From the NCBI GenBank assembly GCA_021815445.1, contig JAKAGM010000001.1, forward strand, positions 787,710-851,709: a DNA stretch of 64,000 bases. The letters run 5' to 3'. The notes under the pieces were generated by a model, which saw only the letters and a program-made list of their open reading frames with translations, did not search any database and was not told the origin of the DNA. Below, piece by piece: positions 17,635 through 27,547 of the stretch. A program made the position numbers and the translations under genes. How positions within the stretch are numbered: the stretch's first letter is position 1; every line of letters begins with the position of its first letter. This DNA comes from a bacterium. Lineage in GTDB: Bacteria; Patescibacteriota; Patescibacteriia; UBA10025.

Positions 17635-18288
17635 TTAACCAATACTTCGGCGACGACTACTAGACTTCTGTTCGATTCGTCTATAAAACAATGCACCTAC
17701 AGTAAGAAATAGTCCTATGAAGGTTGCTTGAGGAATTGTTCCTAGAAATGCTCCCATAAATGCTACTAGTAAGTTGGAGCTAGATACTACAGCAAGTCCA
17801 CCAAAGGTGAGGGTTCCCAAAGTAATAACTATCACTAGGGTAACGAGTATGTAATCACGTAAGTGGTAAAGTTTTGACAGCGCCCTACAATACACTAAAG
17901 CCAGGCTTAGCCCTAAGATAGCGATAATAGCCATGAAAGGCCAGAACCAATCGGCGCCTCCTGTATTGCTTGCACTGCTCGACATATTATTATTCATACT
18001 TCCAAATCCCAGGATATATGGGACAAGCATGAAGAGAAGTAATCCTTCATATAGGAGACCCGGGGGCAAAATGAGTCGCCAGGTTGTATGAAAAAATCCA
18101 AGATGGGTGTGGTTATATTTTTGTGCAAGTTTTTCTGGGTCGCCAAGATCAAGAGCTTGAGATTTACCAACTTCTATTTCTTCAGTGTGCTGACAAATCT
18201 CGGTAATAATTTCTTTCCGCAAAGTACCGCCTACTAAAAGTGCTTGTTCAAAGCGTTCAAGAAAATCTTTACTGCTCATGGGTAGCAT
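17635..18288 (-). CDS. DUF1700-like membrane protein (PadR-associated)
   Basis: N-terminus MSSKDFLERFEQALLVGGTLRKEIITEICQHTEEIE, then 4-5 TM helices. It overlaps the padR stop by 20 nt. Confidence 0.55.
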   Translation of the reverse strand: MLPMSSKDFLERFEQALLVGGTLRKEIITEICQHTEEIEVGKSQALDLGDPEKLAQKYNHTHLGFFHTTWRLILPPGLLYEGLLLFMLVPYILGFGSMNNNMSSSASNTGGADWFWPFMAIIAILGLSLALVYCRALSKLYHLRDYILVTLVIVITLGTLTFGGLAVVSSSNLLVAFMGAFLGTIPQATFIGLFLTVGALFYRRIEQKSSSRRRSIG

Positions 18289-18601
18289 TTTGAACCAAAG
18301 TATTAATGGTTTTTTGAAAAGTGAACCAATCTTTCTTTCGCGCGATTAACCCTCTTCTACCGCGCTTTGTAACTTCATACACACGACGATTCTTATTATC
18401 GATTTCCCTCCATCTACTAGTAATTAGACCTTCATGCTCAAGCTTGTGAAGCAATGGATACAACATACCTACGCCAAACCTAAACATATCGGGCATAGTA
18501 GAGACTAGCTTTTTTGAGAGTGCGTAGCCATGCATTGGCTCCCCGGCAAGTAACGATAGAATAAGTAACTCGGAATTTCCTTTAAGTAATTCTTTGTTCA
18601 T
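18269..18601 (-). CDS. PadR-family transcriptional regulator
   Basis: GYALSKKL...MLYPLLHKLEHEGLITSRWREIDNKNRRVYEVTKRG is a winged-HTH PadR signature. Confidence 0.8.
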   Translation of the reverse strand: MNKELLKGNSELLILSLLAGEPMHGYALSKKLVSTMPDMFRFGVGMLYPLLHKLEHEGLITSRWREIDNKNRRVYEVTKRGRRGLIARKKDWFTFQKTINTLVQNATHEQ

Positions 18602-18684
18602 TTTATGAAGTATATCGTATTACGATATAATAGTACTCTAAAAAGCCACCATTGGCAATAGTGGGCTTGTGGACATCTTTTAGG

Positions 18685-18713
18685 ACGGGATTCCCCTTCG
18701 GGCCGGGGCTCAC
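18685..18713 (+). repeat. GC-rich repeat, copy b
   Basis: gacgggattccccttcgggccggggctcac, followed by the hairpin CGCCCCGC-ggta-GCGGGGC. Confidence 0.6.
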
Positions 18714-18787
18714 GCCCCGCGGTAGCGGGGCATCGTTCACCAACACAAAACAAAATTATCGGTTGCTCTACGGAGAATTTTTTTGGC

Positions 18788-19186
18788 TTACTCCCAAGGG
18801 AATTTAACTACTCGATGTATCTCCTCCAGAAAGTAATCTGGTACAACTTCCGATTTCGGCATAGTATACAAACATGCAGTTTTGACCACTGCTCCTTTAC
18901 TTTCTAGGTATTGTTTCGCTACAACCAAGCTCTTTCCAGTTTCAAGCATATCTTCTACAAGTAGGACACTTTTCCCGTCAATATTTTCCTCTATTACTGT
19001 TTTTACTTTACGTTGATCAGATACTTTTTTTACCGTCAGACAATACATTTCCTTCACATTAAGATAACTTGAAAGCAGCCGTGCGGGAATGAGACCTCCT
19101 CTAACAACCCCAACAATAATGTCGGGGGAGTACTTAATTTTACTTCGAAGTACCTTAATTTCGTTTTCAAGTTCATGCCATGTCAT
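18788..19186 (-). CDS. Type I phosphoribosyltransferase domain protein (small purine PRTase-like)
   Basis: PRPP-binding motif VLLVEDMLETGKS; 132 aa. Confidence 0.75.
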   Translation of the reverse strand: MTWHELENEIKVLRSKIKYSPDIIVGVVRGGLIPARLLSSYLNVKEMYCLTVKKVSDQRKVKTVIEENIDGKSVLLVEDMLETGKSLVVAKQYLESKGAVVKTACLYTMPKSEVVPDYFLEEIHRVVKFPWE

Positions 19187-19267
19187 GGTTTACTATATTA
19201 TTTTTTGAGGACTGGATTCCCCCTCCGGCGAGCCTCGCTTTGTCCGCTGTAAGCGGACAAAGCGGGA

Positions 19268-19296
19268 GACGGGATTCCCCTTCGGGCCGGGGCTCA
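19268..19296 (+). repeat. GC-rich repeat, copy c. It includes a 17-nt exact match (agcgggagacgggattc, 19254..19270) to the reverse complement of the tRNA-Gly(GCC) 3' end. A degenerate copy is at about 19208..19232.
   Basis: gtaagcggacaaagcgggagacgggattccccttcgggccggggctcac. Confidence 0.6.
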
Positions 19297-19475
19297 CGAT
19301 CGCCTCCGGTCTTCGACCCTGGGGTCTCAGACCCGAAGGGCGATATCGTTCGCCCTGCTCATCCCGACGCGACGCAAGCAGTTGCGTCGCTTCTCCTCCC
19401 GATTACTGGTTACTCCTTACAACGAGAATCTAGGAAACTTTTTTTACACTAATAGCTCCATCGAGCTGAGCTCGA

Positions 19476-19550
19476 TGGAGCGGGAGACGGGATTCGCACC
19501 CGCGACCTCTTCCTTGGCAAGGAAGCGTTCTACTACTGAACTACTCCCGC
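19476..19550 (-). tRNA. tRNA-Gly(GCC) with encoded CCA
   Basis: Revcomp GCGGGAGTAGTTCAGTAGTAGAACGCTTCCTTGCCAAGGAAGAGGTCGCGGGTGCGAATCCCGTCTCCCGCTCCA. Confidence 0.9.
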
Positions 19551-19559
19551 AAACGTTGT

Positions 19560-20290
19560 GTTCAATACTATCATTCAACTGACTGGCCCTGCAAATAAAC
19601 GCCCTACTACTGTCAGCCAAAGGCTGATCCGCCTCTGGCGGAAACTGGCGACGAGTTCCTTCACCCCGCGACAGCGGGGTTCAGGATGCTCGATTTTCTA
19701 GCTGCTCGCAAAGCTCGCAGAGAAAATCGGCATTTCAGTCCGGAGACCTGCCCCGCAAAAGCTCACGCAATGAGCGATGCGGGGTCTTCCGGGGTGCTTC
19801 CGATGGGTCGCACCCGTCCCGCAAGGCGGGACCCACTTCGCTACCTCGGTAACGGGTAATCTCTCTCTCATGCCGAGGGCCAGAACCCCGCTAGTCAGCG
19901 GGGCAGGTCTCCCAGGCGACGCAAGGAAAGGAGATCCCTCGTTTTACTCGGGACGCTCAATTTTTCATCTGCTTGTTCCACTCGCAGGAAAAATTGGCGT
20001 TTTCAGTCCGGAGTTTATCCCGCACATGTGCCTGGGGCCAGAATTGAACTGGCGACGCAAGGATTTTCAGTCCTTCGCTCTACCACTGAGCTACCCAGGC
20101 ATTAACCCAGACACATATGCGGGACTCTACCACTGAGCTACCTCGGCGGAAACCAAACCTCGGCAAAAGGGGAGGATATATTTTTAAAGTTCTTCGCGGC
20201 ATTTACCCCGCACCTGGAACGCAGTGACATGGTGCGGGGCCACTGAGCTACCTCGGCGGAGAATGACTTCGGCATGAGAGAGTACTACAG
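19560..20290 (-). repeat. Mosaic of tRNA-derived fragments and short repeats surrounding an intact tRNA-Phe
   Basis: tRNA 5' halves GCCGAGGTAGCTCAGTGG occur in minus sense at 20130..20147 and 20240..20257. A Phe-like 3' half ending CCTCGGCA is at about 19872. A 32-nt repeat CTCCGGACTGAAA..CTGCGAG occurs twice (19724..19755 and 19981..20013). 16-bp inverted repeats lie at 19863..19878 and 20267..20282. Confidence 0.5.
20029..20100 (-). tRNA. tRNA-Phe(GAA), no encoded CCA
   Basis: Revcomp GCCTGGGTAGCTCAGTGGTAGAGCGAAGGACTGAAAATCCTTGCGTCGCCAGTTCAATTCTGGCCCCAGGCA. Confidence 0.85.
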
Positions 20291-20298
20291 ATCCAACT

Positions 20299-20375
20299 TG
20301 GTGGGCGACTCAGGAATCGAACCTGAGACCTCGTCATTATCAGTGACGCGCTCTAACCATCTGAGCTAGTCGCCC
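20299..20375 (-). tRNA. tRNA-Ile(GAU) with CCA, in the 16S-downstream spacer
   Basis: Revcomp GGGCGACTAGCTCAGATGGTTAGAGCGCGTCACTGATAATGACGAGGTCTCAGGTTCGATTCCTGAGTCGCCCACCA. Confidence 0.9.
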
Positions 20376-20666
20376 ATGTAAGAGGATTCAATTGTTAAAG
20401 GCAGGAAAACAAAAAAACTACAGATAGTAGTGTACGGCTTCGATGCATCTACGGCAAGTGGATAGCATGATATCTGTAGGGTAGTCTCATGAAACAACTT
20501 TGACGTGGTAAGAATATTCCTCAATCGAGCCATTCTTAATGTTTCGATATGTAGTTTCACTACACCATAGTGGGGCATCTCTCTTTACGTAATAAAGGGA
20601 TGTGTCCCACGCGACCCTCGTAACGGATACGCGTTATGCGTTTTCCGTCTCTAGGTAATCTCCCTA

Positions 20667-22162
<1,496 letters not shown>

Positions 22163-22613
22163 GAAAGTTTGAAACTTTCTCTGTATATAACCGTTTTTTT
22201 AAGAGGTGGTTACAAACCTCAAAGAATTGACTAAAAAGAGGTCCTTAGCCTTTGACAGAAGGAAAAAGAGAGGAATGGACTGTAAAGAGCTATCAGGAAT
22301 CTGAAAAGCTCCATTGCCTCTTCTTTACCTTCTGCCAAAAAACTAAGGTATTCTTACCACATCAAAGTTGTCAATGACCGTTTTCTCCAGAGTTGAAGAA
22401 AAAACAGAGTGGCCCAAAATTTTTTTTAGACTCCCCTGTTTTTCCTCCTCAAAGACCTGTAATCAGGCCGAGGAATTCCCCGTGGTTCTCTTTTTAAGTT
22501 TCTGAATAATGTAGCGAGAAGAAAGTTTTTGTGCCATTAAACATTTAGCTAATTTCAGCACAATTTCCACTACTCACTGAGCATGAGTAGTGTACATCGG
22601 GGCCGGATACGTG

Positions 22614-23276
22614 TCAAGTGCCGGATAATCGCTTTCTACGCCGCGCATGGGCTTTCCTCCAGGCGGCTATTTTCTCATGGTTGCCGGCCAAAAGCACGGG
22701 AGGGACCCGTTTTCCGTTGAATACCGGAGGCCGGGTAAACTGGGGGTATTCGATGTAAGTGAGCGACCCTGAAAACGATTCGTCCTGAGTGGCTTCCGCG
22801 TTACCGATGACTTTTGGTATAAGTCGCGACACTGTCTCTGTTACCGCCATAGCGGGTACTTCTCCACCGGAGAGGACATATTGCCCGATAGAGAGTTCTT
22901 CATCAACATACCGTGAAACACGCTCATCAAATCCCTCATACCTGCCGGCGATAAGAACGAGCTGGTCGAGCTTTGCGTAGCGTGCCGCAATCCGCTGGGT
23001 AAAGAATTTGCCCTGTGGCGAGAGAAGGACGATTCGGCGACGTTTCTTTTTAGGGATGCGACGGAGCATGCGAACTATAGGCTCAACTTTCAAAATCATG
23101 CCGGGCCCGCCTCCGTATGGCCTGTCGTCAACTGTATGGTGTTTATCAGTAGTTTGGCTCCGGATATCGTGAATATGGATGGAAATCAATTTCTTCTTCA
23201 GCGCTTTAGCAATCAGCGTTTCATGGAGAAATGAGTCAAACAAATTGGGGAAAATGGTTAGGATGTCGAATCGCAT
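22614..23276 (-). CDS. trmD: tRNA (guanine37-N1)-methyltransferase TrmD
   Basis: MRFDILTIFPNLFDSFLHETLIAKA...RPYGGGPGMIL...LLSPQG...LIAGRYEGFDERV. Confidence 0.9.
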   Translation of the reverse strand: MRFDILTIFPNLFDSFLHETLIAKALKKKLISIHIHDIRSQTTDKHHTVDDRPYGGGPGMILKVEPIVRMLRRIPKKKRRRIVLLSPQGKFFTQRIAARYAKLDQLVLIAGRYEGFDERVSRYVDEELSIGQYVLSGGEVPAMAVTETVSRLIPKVIGNAEATQDESFSGSLTYIEYPQFTRPPVFNGKRVPPVLLAGNHEKIAAWRKAHARRRKRLSGT

Positions 23277-23358
23277 ATACGTTTTAAGAAAAAACAAAAA
23301 CCGCACTTGGAGTATACCATATGTGCGGCTTTTGCGTCCCTTGTTAAGGACAGAAAGT

Positions 23359-23706
23359 TTAGAGCTTGAGATCATCAACTGCTGAAGTATCCTCTTCAGC
23401 GACTGACTGACGATCGTGCGACGGGGCTGAACCGCGATCCTTCCGATAACCTTCCGGTTCGTAGATCTTGAGGTTCACCCGAGCGTGGTTCTTTGCACCG
23501 ACGACGCGGAGAAGTGTCCGGAGAGACTTCGCGGTCTGGCCTTGGCGGCCGATGACCTGTCCGAGGTCCTGGGGATTGACCTTGAGCGTAATGAGTACGC
23601 CCATCTCGTCAACCGTCCTGTCCGAGCTCACGTCTGCCGGGTTGTCGACCAGCGCTTTTACCACATATTCAACAAACTCCTGATCATTCATCGTTTCCTT
23701 CGTCAT
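23359..23706 (-). CDS. KH-domain RNA-binding protein (KhpA/YlqC-like, UPF0109)
   Basis: KH GxxG motif VIGRQGQTAKSLRTLL. Position between rpsP and trmD is conserved. Confidence 0.75.
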   Translation of the reverse strand: MTKETMNDQEFVEYVVKALVDNPADVSSDRTVDEMGVLITLKVNPQDLGQVIGRQGQTAKSLRTLLRVVGAKNHARVNLKIYEPEGYRKDRGSAPSHDRQSVAEEDTSAVDDLKL

Positions 23707-24084
23707 ATTCTCGAGTAACGCTATTCAATTGGTAAAGTAGCAGATGCTCGTCTTCGACCTTTCCCCTGCAATGCATATATAAAACGAACAGCTACCATGT
23801 TGCACAAGGAGGATATCACGCGGAAAATACAATGTCAACCCCACACTTCCAATTATCAGAAAGCTCATCTTCATCGTATTTGGCGTGACTGAACTACCGC
23901 CAGCTTTCACTGGTGATCTCTGTCTTGCCGCCTTGACGACGGCTGGCTTGAAAAAACACCAGGAGATTACTTTCCCCTCGCGCGGCGCACTGTCTGAGGC
24001 CGGCGAATAAAAAAAGATATACGCCAAACGGCCGAGTTTGCCCGCCTAGACTCGACGTCTAGTCGAGGCTGGCGGAACGCTGTC

Positions 24085-24160
24085 CTTTCTTTTCTCTCCA
24101 CTTTTCTTTGGACAAGCAAAGAAAAATGGAGCCCACCCCGCCGTAGGGGGGGGTGGTTTT
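24085..24160 (+). repeat. Structured repeat element, copy 1: a 14-bp perfect hairpin plus a GC hairpin with a T-run (terminator-like)
   Basis: ctctccacttttctttggacaagcaaagaaaaatggag, then CCACCCCGCCGTAGGGGGGGTGG, then TTTT. A near-identical core occurs at 49215..49260. Confidence 0.55.
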
Positions 24161-24207
24161 ACAAGTAACAAAAAAGTTTCACCACACAAATCGTATGGGA
24201 GAAAACT

Positions 24208-24621
24208 TTACGCCTTTGGCGCCTCTTCCTTTATTTCTTCTTTCGGCTTCGATTCGACCGGCGCAGACGGAGCCGCTTCCTTTGCCGGAGCAGCCTCAGC
24301 AGTTGGAGCTGCCTGAACTGGGGTTGCCGCCTCGGCAGGTTTTTCCTTTTTCCTGATTTGGGCGACGCTTACCTTCTCACCTTTGATGATGTTCTGGTCG
24401 ATGAGAATGTTGTGGACAGTTCCCGATGGTTGCGCTCCTTTTGATATCCAATAGGTCACCCGATCATCCTTAATAGCTATTGTAGCCGGCGAGGTATGGG
24501 GATCATAGGACCCGAGCAATTCTAAATAGTCTCCATGCGTATCCTTCGTCTTTTCGGAAACGATGAGACGGAATGTCGGATGTTTCTTTTTACCTACCCG
24601 TGAAAGGCGGATAACTAACAT
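24208..24621 (-). CDS. rpsP: 30S ribosomal protein S16 with an A/P/E/K-rich C-terminal extension
   Basis: MLVIRLSRVGKKKHPTFRLIVSEKTKDTHGDYLELLGSYDP. Confidence 0.9.
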   Translation of the reverse strand: MLVIRLSRVGKKKHPTFRLIVSEKTKDTHGDYLELLGSYDPHTSPATIAIKDDRVTYWISKGAQPSGTVHNILIDQNIIKGEKVSVAQIRKKEKPAEAATPVQAAPTAEAAPAKEAAPSAPVESKPKEEIKEEAPKA

Positions 24622-24705
24622 AGGAAAAATAGCTTGAAATGAAGTATGTACGGTATATCTTATGTACTTTACGGTTCGGTGTCAAGAGCGTTCAATAGGA
24701 GCCGT

Positions 24706-27363
24706 TTACGATGTCCCCTTATTAATGACCTTTTCCGCTTCATCCATTTTGACTGATAGCAGGCGGGACACGCCGTCCTCTCCCATTGTGACACCGTAGA
24801 GAATGCGCGCTTTGTGCATGGTGGCGCGATTATGGGTGATGGCGATGAACTGCGTTTGCGCGGAGATGCGTTCTATGATTTGCGCGAATCGGATTGAGTT
24901 TGACTCATCGAGGGCCGCATCCACCTCGTCGAGGATGACGAACGGGGAAGGATTATTGCTGATGATTGCGGATATGAGAGCTATGGATGTGAGCGCACGC
25001 TCCCCTCCGGAAAGCATGGCGATATTCCTGAGACGCTTCCCCGGCGGGGTTGCGTTGATTTCCACTCCCGTGAGCACTTTCTCGCCGCGCCTTTTCGCAA
25101 TTGGGGAAATTGGCTGATCCTTTTTTGTCTCTTCTTTTTCCTCCGATTCTTCCCCCTCCTCAAGCTCTTCTTCGACAGGTTCGGGAAGGATTTCTTCTTT
25201 TATCAAGCTGAGTTTGGCGTTGCCTCCCTGGAAAAGTGTCTTGAAATACTTGCTGAACTCGAGGTTAATTTTTTCAAATGCGAGGTCAAACTGTTTTTTC
25301 ATGGTCTGGTCGAGAGTCTCGATGGCTTCCTCGAGGTCCGCCACGGCTTTGGTGAGATCGGCAATCTGCGTGGTAAGGAAGTCGTAGCGATGCTTAGTCT
25401 CCTGATATTCCCCGGCTACGGCGGCATCAATACCTCCGATGAGCTCGAGGTTCCGTTTTTCTTTCTGTATCTCGCGCTCCAGGCTCTCGTTGAGCGGGGC
25501 GGGGTGCTTCGACTGGTACACAGCTTCGCGATCTTCATCGGTAAGCTCTTCCATCATTTCATGGTCGAGATCTTCTTTCTTGGTCTCGAGTTTGGCGAAT
25601 TCAATCTGAACCTCATGGAATTTCGTCGTTGCGTCATCCAACATCCGCTGCCGTTCCCTCGACGTGTGCTGCGCCTCGACGAGCTCTTTTTGCTTTGATG
25701 ATTCTTCGTGGCCCACTGTATCAAGCTTGTGCTGGACGGAGGAAATACGCTGGTCAACGGCTTTCACCTGGTCTTCCAGCTTTTTTTGGTCTTCGGCTAC
25801 CTGCTGGGGGTCTTTGCCGTGGAGGTGCGCGAGGTCCCTATCAAGAGATGCCAGATCATCTTTGAGCGTTGCGCATTTTTCCTCGACTGACCGGCGCTGT
25901 TCGTCAACAGTGGCTTTCTCCGAGCTTAAGGCGTTTATCTCCCGCAGCAAGGCGTCTTGGGATTTAAACGACTCGGAGAGCTTTTCCTGCACTTTTAATA
26001 GAGCGTCGGGATCTTTTGCGCTCAACTTGCGCGTTTTTTCTATAATCCGGGTAAGCTGCGCCGAAATGTTCTTCGCTGCCTGTCCAAGTTTCTGGAATTC
26101 CTCGGGAGTCTTGGAGGACTCAAGTCCGCGCAAAAAATCTTCCTGTTCGGCTAGAAGCGTTTTGAGTTCGCCGTGAATATTGAGCGCCGATATTGACGGG
26201 TCCGCCTGCAATCCTTTTTTTATCACGGCGATATCAGACTCAAGGTCAGAGGTGACCCGCATAAGCTGGTCCTGCTCTTTTGCCTTGGCCGCGAGACGCG
26301 ATATGATGTCGTTCAAACGGCCCTGGGACTGGCCGAGGTCTGTCTGGGATCGCCGGAGCTGGCTCGTGAGCTGATCTTTGCGCCGTTCGAGCCAGACAAG
26401 GTTCATCTCCCCTTTCTGTTCGCGGATCACATCCGCCCTGCCCTTGAGGATGGTGATGTCGCGGAGCAGACTGTTTTTCTCATCGACGAGCGTTTGGTAT
26501 TCGTTTTCGAATTGGGCGAATGTCTCCGTGCGCCCCTTGCGCGAGGTAAAAGCTTCAATAGTCTGGTTCGCTTTTGCCACCTCTTTTTCATGAGTAAGTT
26601 TGACGCTCTCTGCGTCTTTCATTATCTTCTCAACATCCCTGTGTTTGGTCACCAGTTCCGCCCAGAGGCCCGAATAATACTCCCGCTGCAGCTCCCGCAG
26701 TCTTTTTTCGTGGACTTCCCGCTGTTCGAGTTTATGCACCTGTCTGGTAAGAGAGCGCAGGCGCGGCTCAATCTCGGCCACCAGCATGTTCGCCTGCTTT
26801 AGGTTCTCATGGGTAAGCTCAAGCTTTGCCTCGGCCTGCTCCTTCTTTATCTGGAATTGGCGGATGCCTGCCGCTTCTTCGAAAAACTGTTTCCTTTCGG
26901 CCGGAGACGCTACGAGAACTGCGTCAATCATTCCCTGTCCGATGACGCTATAGGCCCGTTGGCCGAAATTTGACCTGGCGAGCAGGAGCAGGATATCGTG
27001 CAATCTGACATGGTTTTTATTAATGAAATATTCCCCCGTGCCGTCGCGGTATATTTTTCTCGTAATTACTATCTGGGAGTAATCTATCGGGGCCTCGCGG
27101 TCCTCGTTATTTAAATACAAAGAAACCTCAGCCATGCCGAGCTGGGTCTTCTTATCTGAGCCTGAAAAAATGACATCCTCAGACTTTTTGCCGCGCAGGA
27201 GCTTCATTGACTGTTCGCCGAGCACCCACCGCACCGCGTCGGCGATGTTTGATTTCCCTGAGCCGTTCGGACCGACGACGGCGGTCATTTCCCGCTTGAA
27301 TTCAAGCGACGTTTTATTCGCGAATGATTTGAAACCCTGGATTTCCAGCTTTTCGAGATACAT
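24706..27363 (-). CDS. smc: Chromosome segregation protein SMC (short, 885 aa)
   Basis: N-terminal Walker A GPNGSGKSN, extensive coiled coil, C-terminal LSGGERALTSIALI...ILDEVDAALD. An acidic insert EEELEEGEESEEKEE is present. Confidence 0.85.
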   Translation of the reverse strand: MYLEKLEIQGFKSFANKTSLEFKREMTAVVGPNGSGKSNIADAVRWVLGEQSMKLLRGKKSEDVIFSGSDKKTQLGMAEVSLYLNNEDREAPIDYSQIVITRKIYRDGTGEYFINKNHVRLHDILLLLARSNFGQRAYSVIGQGMIDAVLVASPAERKQFFEEAAGIRQFQIKKEQAEAKLELTHENLKQANMLVAEIEPRLRSLTRQVHKLEQREVHEKRLRELQREYYSGLWAELVTKHRDVEKIMKDAESVKLTHEKEVAKANQTIEAFTSRKGRTETFAQFENEYQTLVDEKNSLLRDITILKGRADVIREQKGEMNLVWLERRKDQLTSQLRRSQTDLGQSQGRLNDIISRLAAKAKEQDQLMRVTSDLESDIAVIKKGLQADPSISALNIHGELKTLLAEQEDFLRGLESSKTPEEFQKLGQAAKNISAQLTRIIEKTRKLSAKDPDALLKVQEKLSESFKSQDALLREINALSSEKATVDEQRRSVEEKCATLKDDLASLDRDLAHLHGKDPQQVAEDQKKLEDQVKAVDQRISSVQHKLDTVGHEESSKQKELVEAQHTSRERQRMLDDATTKFHEVQIEFAKLETKKEDLDHEMMEELTDEDREAVYQSKHPAPLNESLEREIQKEKRNLELIGGIDAAVAGEYQETKHRYDFLTTQIADLTKAVADLEEAIETLDQTMKKQFDLAFEKINLEFSKYFKTLFQGGNAKLSLIKEEILPEPVEEELEEGEESEEKEETKKDQPISPIAKRRGEKVLTGVEINATPPGKRLRNIAMLSGGERALTSIALISAIISNNPSPFVILDEVDAALDESNSIRFAQIIERISAQTQFIAITHNRATMHKARILYGVTMGEDGVSRLLSVKMDEAEKVINKGTS

Positions 27364-27492
27364 GATAAGGAATTATTAGAAGAAAAACGCGCTCCCTAAT
27401 TAAGAGATGGAGTTCGCGGTTTGAAAAGAAATGATGAGGTCTTTTGATCTCATGTTGGTGAAAGTATACCAGAAAATCGGACTAAAAGCAAG

Positions 27493-27527
27493 AAAAAAAC
27501 CGCCTCCGAGCTCAAGCTCAGGGCGGC
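27493..27527 (-). terminator. Rho-independent terminator after the Cys-rich secreted protein gene
   Basis: Minus sense: imperfect hairpin CCGCCCTGAGCT/AGCTCGGAGGCGG followed by T7. Confidence 0.5.
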
Positions 27528-27547
27528 CTAGTTGGCAGATGTGCTTC

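Noticed and set aside
19560-19870. Possible RNase P RNA, SRP RNA or tmRNA in the structured tract next to tRNA-Gly(GCC)
   Set aside because: I could not find the universally conserved RNase P P4 strands (GGAAAGUCCGG / ACAGAAcCCGGCUUA). No SRP domain IV motif and no tmRNA tag-ORF or tRNA-Ala-like ends were found. This needs Infernal to settle.
19180-20136. ORFs 19180..19452, 19382..19582 and 19777..20136
   Set aside because: They overlap tRNA genes, tRNA-derived repeats and GC-rich repeat copies, and have no RBS or protein-like composition.
23725-24027. 100-aa minus-strand ORF between rpsP and the KH gene
   Set aside because: No RBS and odd composition. The region contains the structured repeat element and palindromes, so it is more likely non-coding. 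Left unannotated as CDS.
25390-26802. Multiple + strand ORFs (e.g. 25664..26176) antisense to smc
   Set aside because: Low-complexity Ser/Arg/Cys-rich translations typical of antisense frames of a coiled-coil gene. smc on the minus strand has clear motifs.
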